A stretch of DNA of 64,000 nucleotides from a virus. The stretch is from IMG/VR virus record IMGVR_UViG_3300042869_001157, positions 2,598 to 66,597 of that record. One strand, given 5' to 3'. Position 1 is the first letter of the stretch, and each line of letters opens with the position of its first letter. Below, piece by piece: positions 20,701 to 29,734 of the stretch. The translations under genes and the position numbers were made by a program. The notes beneath the pieces are model-generated. The model saw only the letters and a list, made by a program, of their open reading frames with translations. It made no database searches and was not told the DNA's origin.

Positions 20701-23700
20701 CGGAAGAAGTCAAAGCCAAAATTGATTTGGAACAAAAACTAAATGGTCCCATACGATCAGCCGACTACTATGCTGCTCTCAAGAGGGGCGAATGGGTTAA
20801 TTATAGAAATCCGAACGAAGACGACAAGTATTCAGATGACAGTAGGGGTTACAGAAAATACAAGGATGGAATATATCCAAGTGAACGGGAGTATGAGATA
20901 CGAAAGGAGGGTGGCAAGACTCAAGTTCGCCTAAGGCAAATTCCCTCTTCGGAAGACACTGCACCAGTTACTCCTGCTTCCAACCCTAAGGAGTGGGGAC
21001 GTCAGAGAAGACAAGAAATATTAAATACAACAGAACCAGAAACCGTTGCTTTATTAGATGGGTCTATTCCTCCCGATAAACGCACATCGACGTCATCTTT
21101 GTCGCCACGCAATATTGATACAACACTCAGAAACTCAATGAATGCTCGTAGTAAAGCAAAAGAAGAAGCAAATACCATTGCAGCGCCCACGCCAGACGCT
21201 GAGTCACCTTTGCTTGATGAGGAAATTAGAGATGCGGTAGCCCCAATGTTGTTCCACATTGACTCACATGAATTTGATGAAGATATGTCGGTATTGATGG
21301 TTATTGATTTGCCAGAAAATTATGAAATTGGCGGAGGAGATTTTGTTAATTTCGAAATGCCAATGCGTGGAGTTTTGCCAGGCCGTCTTCAGCCAAAGTC
21401 TTCGGGAAATAAGAGAGCGGTTCGCGTGATGTTTCCTGCCGGAAGTCGTGGAGTTATTGTTGGTAACTCTTACAATGGCGATAGCGATGGTGTACTCTTG
21501 CCTCCCGGCAGAGTTTCTTTAATTGATGTTGATGAGAACGGCGTTATTAATGCAATAATTGCTTCTCAGGAAAATCCATTAGAGACATTGAAACGTATGG
21601 ATGGAAACATTGATGATGTTTCTTCTGCTGAAGGTGCTGACGATTTTATTAGGGGCGAAGCATCGATTGTTAAAGCAGAAATTGGTAGACAGATTGATAA
21701 GTATGCGAATAGTGAGCGTGGTCGGGGTATGCGTTCACGTTCGCGTGGCAGCAGCAATGATGCTTTGACTCGAAGAGATCAAAAGCAACGAAATGATTCT
21801 ATTTCTAGCATTATGCGTAGGAAAAATAGTGCCCCATTTAATGTTGATAATAATTTTTCTGCTCGTCACAGAAACCCTGATGGGACGGCGTTGTCTACCC
21901 AGTGGGGCGACGTGGTCCCACGTGAAGTTCATGTAGATAGACGCAACAATCGTGTTACTGCCTCAATTGGGCGTATGAGAAATATTTTGAATGGTGATGT
22001 CGCTCCTTCTAGTGAGAGCGAATTCGATTTTATTAACAATATTGATCCTCGTGTCAAAAATTTGTTGAATAATCGATCTCCAGAAGAAATTCGTCAACTC
22101 ATTGATGATGCCTATGTGGATTTCCATAAGGGTTTTGATGATCGGGTACGCATTCCGATGAATGATAACACGTTGAATGGAATGATGTCTGAGGGCCGCC
22201 TGAAGGCGATTCAAGAAATTAAACCGAATAGTCCTATTTCTAAACTTAAATCAGACCATGAACTGTTTTTGGGTTACGATCCGGAAGTTTCTAATAACAT
22301 GCGATCAATTTCTGGATATATGGTTCATCGTAATGCTAAAAATGTTATTTCTGATCACCTTGATTCAATACCAAGCGACGGCATCAATAGAAACCCAGAT
22401 TTCTTTCATGAAAGTGGCGACATTCAACCGATGGGTGATGTACGCATTGGTGGAAATGACATTGATCTAGTGTTAAAACCAGAAGTTGCTTCTCGTTCAG
22501 CATATTCGCGTGGTGAAGCAATTCGTTCACACAACTACCCGACTCCAGTTTTGTTTGACAATCCCGGGGATGTCGGATCGGCTCACTTAAACGAGTCAAT
22601 CACTTCAGGTAATTCCGACGCTGACAGAATGCGCAATATTACTAATGCTCTACAAAATGTTATTGACAATAACTTCAGTGGTTCACTTTCTGATGACATT
22701 TCAGCAAGTAGATCAGAACGTGCACTCAGGCCAGGAAATAAATATGAAGCACTTGTTGCCGGTGGAGTGAGTTTGGATGACGTTGCTGAAATACGTTACC
22801 CAGTAAATAAACTTGACATAAATAATGAAAAGTTAGATATGAATTCCTCGATAGGCGACAGCGGGCGAGAACTATTGAAAGTTAATGGTTTTGGTGACGG
22901 GGAGATTGACGAATATTTACGTATGGTTGATGACGGCGAAGTCGAACTTCAATCTGCCCGCTGGCTAAAACAACATCGTGCCGCTAAGAAGTTTGAAACA
23001 GATTTTAGAAAGAAAAACAATTTTGATGGTCGTATTGTTTTTACTAACTCTGATGGTATAGACCTTTTGTCTCCTGAAACTTTTAGGGAACATCCAAATT
23101 CGCGTGGTCTTCAGACTGTTGAGCAAATGTTGTCGGCAAGAATGCTTGCCGATATGGCACCGAATATGAAGAAAACTTTGAAGGCTATTAAGAAGTCTCC
23201 TGATGCTCAGGCTCGTATTCGTTCTGCACAAATTGGTCAAAACAAAAAACCGAATGTTGATGTTCCGAATGCTGGTTCGCGTATAAATAGTATTGAAGAT
23301 AATGAAGTCGATGATATTTTTAATTCCTTAACTGATGATTTAAGAAACATTGCTCAGGGTGTCGATGTGGAGGATCGCGGAATGCGTTCACGTTCCGTCC
23401 CAGAAAATTTACCCCCTGAAACGTTCTCCTATGGAGACCCAGAGAACGCTGACGTTCCTGGCAAAAAAGCGTTCCGTGACAATTCAATTTATGTGACCAG
23501 AAATGATGACGGAACATTTAACGCTTACACGATTGAAAACTATCCTGGCACTGAACTTGGCTATTTGAGACAGGTCGGAAATAATAATCACGAGAGTCTT
23601 GCTGCAGCAAAAAATGCCGCTAACGGTCGAAGTAAACTTTCCTCAAGTGGTCGCGGGATGCGCTCCATTACTGGTAGTAACGATTCCAATGCTGCACGAG

Positions 23701-25970
23701 AGTCCAGAAGACTTACCGGCACAAATTTTGATGAAATGAGCGATGAGGAACTTGATAAAATTATCAATGAAGGAGATACATCTCAAATAGGTGGAAATCG
23801 TGACATTTATTTCTTTGGCGCAGTAGAAGAAAGAAATAGACGTAAGGGAATCAAGCCATTTAACTCAAATGATTTTGATTTTGATATTTCTCGTTTCTCA
23901 AATTCCTCAAGACCAACTTCACGAAGAAATAGTCGTCAATCACCTCCAGACAATCGCTTATTAGACAACGAATCAGGCACACGTTCACGTCCTGTCCCAA
24001 AAACATTCAATGACTATGTAGAAAACCCCCCACGTCAAGGGATGCGTTCACAATCTAGACCCAAACCTCCGCAATATCCTCGCAAGCCAACAATGGGTGC
24101 GTTCATCGGTTCTGCAGATTCAGAATTTGATGGAATAACAAATTGGGAAGATTTTAAACGCGTGCTTGCAGATAAAGAAATTGTTTTCATCGACTACGAA
24201 ACAACTGGTCTCAAATTCAATGAATTTAACGAATCAGCAGGAAATGGACTACCTACTCAAATAGGTGCCGTAAAAATGAAAAATGGCAAAGTCATTGACC
24301 GTTTCAACGTATTCGTCAACCCAGGAACACCAATGTCCCAATGGGAAAAATGGTCACAAGACAACCTGAAAGACGGCGACGGCAACCCAATAACTGACGC
24401 ATATCTTGCCGACAAACCCTCAATAGCAGAAGCCCATAAACAATTAGTTGAATTCATGGGCAATACAGAATTGATGGGTATGCAAAATGCCGTTTTCGAT
24501 AACGAAGTACTAGAAGACGCATTGAAAGATTCAGGAATTGATTGGCGACCCAAAGGCATTATCGATACTAAAGAAATTTCAGATATGGTTCTTCCAAAAT
24601 GGTCTGAAACAAATCAGAACGCCCCATTCAAGATCAACAAAGATGGAACAAAGTCACCATCAAACTCACTTGGAGATATAACAAAATATCTTGGTATCGA
24701 ACTTGGAGACAAACACCATAACGCAGACGCGGATGCCGAAGCAACAGCAAAAGTAATGCAAGGAATTATTGACGGTGCCATAGAAAACAACTGGCCCACG
24801 GACGTATTAGACAAGTCCAAACGACGATCCAAAGAGAACGAAACTAAAACTAAATTTGAAAAAGCAGTTGCGGCATTTGAAAGTGAAAAAGAAACTTTCC
24901 TAAATGACAGACCTTCTTCCAATGATGAAGGCGGCATGCGATCACGTACTGCAACAAAGCCGACTAAATCAACCACCAAGCGGACGCCTAAACCAAAAGC
25001 AGTTGAGCCACGCGAATATAGGAATTCAAATACCGAAAATCTTCCACAATCACGTGATTATTACAATGTTGAAGATATTGACAACGCAATGCGAGACATT
25101 ATCGATGATGTTTATTCTGGTGTCAGGGAACCACAAGACATTACGGACAGAGTTAATGCTTTACGTGATGAAATCAAAGAACTTGGATCATCGTCGGGCA
25201 TGCCTGATGACATGATTGAAGATTTGCTTGATGGTACCAAGACTGGGCCAATTGCATCCGAGGTCAATGATGTGGTAGGTGGATTTGAAAGATGGGGTGG
25301 ATTACGTTCCCGTTCCAATGTTGGATCAAATGCACGGTCCAAGGCCGGTGTTGCTGGAAGAATTATTTCATCTGAAAGATCACGTAAGGCATTAGAAAAA
25401 ATTGGTATTGATGAAGATAGAGCAGAGGCTGTTCAACTTCTTGGCGAAATGGCTGCAGCGTTCAGTATCAGTGGTCCTGCTGGCATGGGTACTGTTCTCG
25501 CTCGACGAGCAGGACGGGATGTTGCCGACTTTGGTTTAGCGGAAGCGGTAGAACGAGGCTGGATGAGTCAGGCGACAGCGGACAAGATTGCTAAGCGAAT
25601 GTTGGATCGTGTCGCCCCAGAAGGATTACCAGACGATATTAAAGATATTATTGAAAAAGGTAAGGATGCTGTCACTTCTGATGAAAGCAAGGCTAAGGCT
25701 GCTGAACTTTTAGACACCATTCGCGAAACTGTTCGCTCGGGTGGCATGCAACGTCTTGTGGATTCGGCGAAACAAAGAACCAGGGTCTTGACGGACATCG
25801 CTAAAGAACGTGGTAGAGAATTGGCGGCAGAAAAAATGCGTGAGGCTCGTGAAATAGCGAGGGATAAAGCATCGGAGTTGGCGGACGATGCAATGGACGC
25901 ACTGAAAGAGCGCGGCAAAGAAGCGGCAGGACGTCTAGTTGGTAGATTTGCAAGAAGAGGGGGCAGATAA
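17799..25970 (+). CDS. Giant multidomain protein (2723 aa): HExxH zincin, ART-like fold, DUF3626-like region, DEDDh 3'-5' exonuclease and GMRS linkers
   Basis: FHEFGH at about 19470 with a downstream EARAE. RVMFPAGSRG...VLLPPG at about 21420-21510. LVLKPEV...YEALVAGGVSLDDV at about 22470-22790. IVFIDYETTG...QIGAV...NAVFD...HHNADADA at about 24180-24740. About 6-7 GMRS-type linkers. Confidence 0.8.
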   Translation: MEPGMTGRGIPQRNKLSPRLNVPVRNYDGKAMYFRERQKFSLTQPYLDADIAVKVLAEGMVATGSGGDREMTGDDDQPAMAEFRFDPLARRQPGQVLKLHTTYKEATTPGDDHNWGWVDPEPELSDEDRLQLSEEAADFVSKRPQVIVRQFLVDKDGNETGETNEIAVKQLGPTINDMMPGQAIKLRKAIAKGIVIDANGQMRCPPGTPNANQFTDVDMSNCFNIGVGAVQKEIRRIRGFWKEWNEDVAAIRSARTAKERLGKAKENYTSLEQNAEWLARNEQSIQDAYETLGIDLSQFTPEQLKNNVHLFTAMDELFKNHDGPEFRRFLHDAIGFKWDDSKSVDENMKDYWETLRETAYKLVPEEVKKALLIDPSTKKPIYPDQYDEAQKIVDMMIDRFREVQEGIIHGALVSFNDNPQMFQTLREIGFDAWNGRVGLNEWMSYEGITNPITDELSPGRLGTQINFNTWALAFKPLIDLRKLEGEGRFEIDLKPVDAQGTPLSDIEKLKQIRDIIAHSNEVDHFIHGVGYANEQSSARASAVAGMSPAKAKAMHVMFHEFGHVLQYAEAQNAIIDYVNKHGQLVVTNNGALNVLTGDWRTWSNNDWYDALNTVMRGTFEGMNYPPVTVDWLEDSMLHLLAGQYYQDELGKWQRMHLSGGEGSPMLKNAQVGLMIQEARAELYALRQMGVISGPDIDKAIGGMDEVRRPPGIELASRPIYDAPTENISRLVPKSIFSDKRDLRRKPEYPPEVTKLVKKMKKENYTPEQILNELNAGDPENPKFTLDDVNNMIGDTGADDVPSDWKSPERENGIPKFDPANGIYADWSPDPNDDGKTRQAKLNQAIEDYAYSDEFLQDMEDAGFDQTDENHMGDFVGTKKYKEGLKKYQEKYGKPSSDSGNKTNEEGTSIPDETLPEPKKKRDIPAWDGQVDPFANDYSEVKLTDALIDDYTNTDYTIDELAERYDRTPEEVKAKIDLEQKLNGPIRSADYYAALKRGEWVNYRNPNEDDKYSDDSRGYRKYKDGIYPSEREYEIRKEGGKTQVRLRQIPSSEDTAPVTPASNPKEWGRQRRQEILNTTEPETVALLDGSIPPDKRTSTSSLSPRNIDTTLRNSMNARSKAKEEANTIAAPTPDAESPLLDEEIRDAVAPMLFHIDSHEFDEDMSVLMVIDLPENYEIGGGDFVNFEMPMRGVLPGRLQPKSSGNKRAVRVMFPAGSRGVIVGNSYNGDSDGVLLPPGRVSLIDVDENGVINAIIASQENPLETLKRMDGNIDDVSSAEGADDFIRGEASIVKAEIGRQIDKYANSERGRGMRSRSRGSSNDALTRRDQKQRNDSISSIMRRKNSAPFNVDNNFSARHRNPDGTALSTQWGDVVPREVHVDRRNNRVTASIGRMRNILNGDVAPSSESEFDFINNIDPRVKNLLNNRSPEEIRQLIDDAYVDFHKGFDDRVRIPMNDNTLNGMMSEGRLKAIQEIKPNSPISKLKSDHELFLGYDPEVSNNMRSISGYMVHRNAKNVISDHLDSIPSDGINRNPDFFHESGDIQPMGDVRIGGNDIDLVLKPEVASRSAYSRGEAIRSHNYPTPVLFDNPGDVGSAHLNESITSGNSDADRMRNITNALQNVIDNNFSGSLSDDISASRSERALRPGNKYEALVAGGVSLDDVAEIRYPVNKLDINNEKLDMNSSIGDSGRELLKVNGFGDGEIDEYLRMVDDGEVELQSARWLKQHRAAKKFETDFRKKNNFDGRIVFTNSDGIDLLSPETFREHPNSRGLQTVEQMLSARMLADMAPNMKKTLKAIKKSPDAQARIRSAQIGQNKKPNVDVPNAGSRINSIEDNEVDDIFNSLTDDLRNIAQGVDVEDRGMRSRSVPENLPPETFSYGDPENADVPGKKAFRDNSIYVTRNDDGTFNAYTIENYPGTELGYLRQVGNNNHESLAAAKNAANGRSKLSSSGRGMRSITGSNDSNAARESRRLTGTNFDEMSDEELDKIINEGDTSQIGGNRDIYFFGAVEERNRRKGIKPFNSNDFDFDISRFSNSSRPTSRRNSRQSPPDNRLLDNESGTRSRPVPKTFNDYVENPPRQGMRSQSRPKPPQYPRKPTMGAFIGSADSEFDGITNWEDFKRVLADKEIVFIDYETTGLKFNEFNESAGNGLPTQIGAVKMKNGKVIDRFNVFVNPGTPMSQWEKWSQDNLKDGDGNPITDAYLADKPSIAEAHKQLVEFMGNTELMGMQNAVFDNEVLEDALKDSGIDWRPKGIIDTKEISDMVLPKWSETNQNAPFKINKDGTKSPSNSLGDITKYLGIELGDKHHNADADAEATAKVMQGIIDGAIENNWPTDVLDKSKRRSKENETKTKFEKAVAAFESEKETFLNDRPSSNDEGGMRSRTATKPTKSTTKRTPKPKAVEPREYRNSNTENLPQSRDYYNVEDIDNAMRDIIDDVYSGVREPQDITDRVNALRDEIKELGSSSGMPDDMIEDLLDGTKTGPIASEVNDVVGGFERWGGLRSRSNVGSNARSKAGVAGRIISSERSRKALEKIGIDEDRAEAVQLLGEMAAAFSISGPAGMGTVLARRAGRDVADFGLAEAVERGWMSQATADKIAKRMLDRVAPEGLPDDIKDIIEKGKDAVTSDESKAKAAELLDTIRETVRSGGMQRLVDSAKQRTRVLTDIAKERGRELAAEKMREAREIARDKASELADDAMDALKERGKEAAGRLVGRFARRGGR

Positions 25971-28750
25971 TGCCTACGCGCCTTATTTTTGTTGGCAATA
26001 CAACTGAGGGAAAGTTGTTCTATAACGCTGACGCCAACCCTACTGAAAAGAACGCAATTTTTATTGATTCACAGGAAACTGAAACTCCAGTTGATTTAGT
26101 TTCTTTTATTAGTAGCAATCCTGATATGAACGAAATTAGATCAACACCGTTCCACCAGTTTTTATGGGATGGCGCTGAAGGACAGATGGCTGATCGCTGG
26201 AAGCGCGTTTTTATGAATCGCACACAGCCAGTCGATGAAAGCCTCATCAAAGATGTTGAAGTTAAGAAAAAACCCAAGAAACGCCTTGTTGCTCAGAGTA
26301 AGAACAATCAAATCATGGCATTTAAGTCATTGGTATTTTCTCAACAATTTGAAAAGATGCCGAATTCGGCGCTTGGTAATCGGAGATCGTCTAATCGCAC
26401 AATTATGGGGATGAATTCTAAAATTCTTGGTCCTGTTCGTGCTGGTTATGACGGTGACAATGATGGATTTATTGATGATGGCTTGCCTACGATGCGTCCA
26501 TTCATACCTGGTTTAGATGTAGCGAATATACGAATTCCAAAATCTGTTCGTGCTCAGGGGATGAGGGTGCGAACATCGTCTGCTCCTGTTGATAGGTTCG
26601 CAACGATTTCGGTTGATCAAATTCGTCAAACAGTGTTGAATCAAGATAAATTTCTTGAAGAAAGATTCAATGATGGGAAACCAATAACTTCCATTGGTGA
26701 TGTTAAAAGAATATTGATGGATGAGTTACCTAGTTTTGCTAATGGTGGATCAAATTTTGATTTCTTAGATGGTCCAGATGACCAACCGCTAGAACCCTAC
26801 GCATATGAGAATATGGTTGGTTTTTTACTCGTATTGCATGCTAACCCAAGTATGAAAAAGTTTTCTTATGACATGAAACCTTTTGGTATTGGTGACGAGC
26901 CGGGTGTTGGTGGAAAAACTCGCTATCAATCAGGAAATCAGTGGACTGTAGTCAATGGGGCATATGTTGCTACAAAAAATAGAACACCAAAAATCACTAT
27001 TACTTATCGTCACCCGATGGACCCAATGTACAAGATGGCGAGTCCATCCATCTTATTCAGTGAAGGTCGATTTGATGTAAGTTCAAATATTATTGGTTCT
27101 GCCATGATGAGCGGAATGGCGGAGAGTTTGGGCGGATCGTTGGATGACGAGGCCTTGATGTCTGTTTATGAATTTCTCAATTACAATAATATGAATAACT
27201 CTTTGGGCAATTTTATTGATTTAGTTACTCCCCAATTTGGTTCCAACCCAGACGCACGGCTTCCTGGTGTTGATCAAGCAACAATGGACACTATTAAGTA
27301 CTTAACTGATACTGGGGTTATCCCTGACGATATGTTTAATAATGGGGCAACGATTCGGCTTATTGAAAAAGTTCGTGACATAGCAAAGAATCAATCATCT
27401 GCCATATCTGACGGATTTACAGATCAGGCCAAGGGTGCTCTCAAATACCATGAAGAGATGTGGTCTGTTTTGGCCAGGTCTACGGCGATACACGAAGCCA
27501 CGCATGCCGCACACCTTGCGCAAATGCATGAAGATATGTTGGCCTATCTACTTCAACGCGGTGTTGACCCTTCTGTTGGTATCCCTGAGATCGCTTCAAT
27601 GATGACGAAATCTATGGATAAAAAACAATTGAAACAAATTTTGGATGATGCAACCGATATGAATGCGGTAGTTCTGAATAAGATATTTTCTGATGTATTT
27701 AAAAACCTTGCTTATAAGGCATCATCTACTGGCAATCAGAATGCGCAAAATACTTTAGAAGATTTTATGAATCAGCCTCTTTATAATAAAGATGGTTCGG
27801 TTATTAAAATAAATAAAGAAATTGCTGATCTTTTTAATCACCTTGAATCCATGAGTGGACAAAGTGTTTTTGGTGAAGGATATCCTTATAAAGAAGGAGA
27901 TAATTTCACTTTTGCACAAGCACACATGCTTGCAGACGGAAGAATTCTCAGCCTTCAGAGACAAGATGCTAGAAGGCAATTTGCGGGAATTAAATTGTAT
28001 TACGATAAAGACAAAACTGTTGCGAGCAATGCATTAACGTTGATTAGGCAAGAGGGATACCCGGCGCTCGTGATGCAGCGAGGGAAAACTCGCCCCTTAT
28101 CTAAGGAATCAGGAAAATTGATCGCTGATTCCGTCAATTCTGCAATGGGTATGGTCGGAAGAATTGTTCATTCTGGCGTTGATCTGAGAAGTGTTCGTGC
28201 TGTTGGGTCTTTTAGGCATACCCCGACTGATGTTGCTGGGCCGTTGTTGCATTCAACACAAGTGAATGCGCGGACAATTCAGGACATGGCAGCAATGGAT
28301 GATGTGGATGGGTTGAAAAATATTGCAGAAATGTCTATTATTAATTCTTTTGCTCCTCTTGCAAGAAATGCTGATCCTGCAACGCTTGGAACCATTATGG
28401 AAACTACTGGTATGGATTTTTGGCATTTTGATTCGCTGAAAGATGATGATGTGAAAAGTATTATTGATATGGCTAGACGGTCTGCTGAGCCGGGATACAG
28501 GAACTATATGTCAACGGCGCTCAATAGGAGAATCGTTAGTTTCCTTCAATCGAATCCTGATAGTTCGGAGTTGATGGCTGAGTTGGCAGTTTATGATGCT
28601 TTTGGTATACCTATTCAGGTTCATGAGGATGTTGTTGGTCGGTCAACTTCAAAACGCGCATTAACTTCTGATGAAATTAAATTGTTTGATAAGTTACTTA
28701 GTTGGCTTTTCCCAAAGGGTAAATTGAGTAACATTAATGAGGTCAAATAA
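25970..28750 (+). CDS. Large head-associated protein with a DGDNDG motif and an HExxH metallopeptidase-like motif
   Basis: YDGDNDGFIDDGLPTMRP at about 26447, a GMRVR linker variant, and IHEATHAAH at about 27488 with a distal ELMAE. Translationally coupled to its neighbours. Confidence 0.7.
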   Translation: MPTRLIFVGNTTEGKLFYNADANPTEKNAIFIDSQETETPVDLVSFISSNPDMNEIRSTPFHQFLWDGAEGQMADRWKRVFMNRTQPVDESLIKDVEVKKKPKKRLVAQSKNNQIMAFKSLVFSQQFEKMPNSALGNRRSSNRTIMGMNSKILGPVRAGYDGDNDGFIDDGLPTMRPFIPGLDVANIRIPKSVRAQGMRVRTSSAPVDRFATISVDQIRQTVLNQDKFLEERFNDGKPITSIGDVKRILMDELPSFANGGSNFDFLDGPDDQPLEPYAYENMVGFLLVLHANPSMKKFSYDMKPFGIGDEPGVGGKTRYQSGNQWTVVNGAYVATKNRTPKITITYRHPMDPMYKMASPSILFSEGRFDVSSNIIGSAMMSGMAESLGGSLDDEALMSVYEFLNYNNMNNSLGNFIDLVTPQFGSNPDARLPGVDQATMDTIKYLTDTGVIPDDMFNNGATIRLIEKVRDIAKNQSSAISDGFTDQAKGALKYHEEMWSVLARSTAIHEATHAAHLAQMHEDMLAYLLQRGVDPSVGIPEIASMMTKSMDKKQLKQILDDATDMNAVVLNKIFSDVFKNLAYKASSTGNQNAQNTLEDFMNQPLYNKDGSVIKINKEIADLFNHLESMSGQSVFGEGYPYKEGDNFTFAQAHMLADGRILSLQRQDARRQFAGIKLYYDKDKTVASNALTLIRQEGYPALVMQRGKTRPLSKESGKLIADSVNSAMGMVGRIVHSGVDLRSVRAVGSFRHTPTDVAGPLLHSTQVNARTIQDMAAMDDVDGLKNIAEMSIINSFAPLARNADPATLGTIMETTGMDFWHFDSLKDDDVKSIIDMARRSAEPGYRNYMSTALNRRIVSFLQSNPDSSELMAELAVYDAFGIPIQVHEDVVGRSTSKRALTSDEIKLFDKLLSWLFPKGKLSNINEVK

Positions 28751-29093
28751 TATGATTAGCCAAGAAGAGTGGAATCAAAAAATTAAACAACTCTGGGGGA
28801 CGACTTTAGTCTCAGTGAATAATTCAGATTTATCTATTGACGAACACATTAGTAGGGCTAGGAAACTCCAAACAGGAATCGACCCCCACGAAGCCAGACG
28901 CAAAAACAAAGCACAAGAAATCGCCGCAATCATGTCACTCCCAGGAAAAAAGAACTGGGTACGAGAAGACGATAAGCCATATTTTGAACTAATCACAAGC
29001 GGACTAATTAATTATCCTCCCGAAGATAGGCTAGACTTATTAGAGTTAACGAAATCTGATGATTTCCTCAAAAAATATATATCGGAGTTATGA
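28737..29093 (+). CDS. Hypothetical protein
   Basis: 118-aa ORF overlapping both neighbours in the operon. Confidence 0.65.
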   Translation: MRSNNMISQEEWNQKIKQLWGTTLVSVNNSDLSIDEHISRARKLQTGIDPHEARRKNKAQEIAAIMSLPGKKNWVREDDKPYFELITSGLINYPPEDRLDLLELTKSDDFLKKYISEL

Positions 29094-29734
29094 TGGAAAC
29101 TGGACGCTACTCTTACAAAGCAGCGATACCTGAGGTCGGTATCCCTCAAGAAAAATTCACTGGCGACGTACTAAAGGGGTACGGCCCACGAAGAGGGAAT
29201 CTTGAACGCCTCCTCCGCTACTGGCGTCCCATTATGCGCAAACCAGGCGGCTTCAGGCGATGCAAAGTCATCCTGGCAGACCATCCAGAACTGTATCCAT
29301 TAAATAATATTTGCGCATGGCTACACCATGAAACTACAGGCTTATGGCCCAATGAGGGGTGTCATCACCCTGGAATGAAGAATTGTCGCCGCAAACTTAA
29401 AAAAGGCAAAAATGGTTCATTGTGGTCTAATGAGCAATTCAATAACCGTCTATCCCGTATCCCCAAAGCGGGCGCAAAGTCACTTCAAAGCGATGTTTTC
29501 TTTGATGCTGACTGGTATACCAAGGGATTGGATGTGTATGCGGGTAACGAAAATTATGTTGTCACGCCAGATGATTTAACTCATGCATTTAAAGTGCTAT
29601 CGGATTTTTGTGAAATGGAATCAAAGTTTGCCGAATATTTGCGCAATAACGACAATTGGGAATTTGAAGGCGAAAATGAAGCCGGGTTCACCCTCAAGTC
29701 GCTTATGCCTGTAGAGGATTGTGGATGTGACTGA
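29090..29734 (+). CDS. Head-module hypothetical protein with a Cys/His motif
   Basis: GNLERLLRYW...PGGFRRC...CAWLHHETTGLWP is a motif I recall from actinophage head-region proteins. ATGA overlap with the upstream gene. Confidence 0.7.
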   Translation: MMETGRYSYKAAIPEVGIPQEKFTGDVLKGYGPRRGNLERLLRYWRPIMRKPGGFRRCKVILADHPELYPLNNICAWLHHETTGLWPNEGCHHPGMKNCRRKLKKGKNGSLWSNEQFNNRLSRIPKAGAKSLQSDVFFDADWYTKGLDVYAGNENYVVTPDDLTHAFKVLSDFCEMESKFAEYLRNNDNWEFEGENEAGFTLKSLMPVEDCGCD

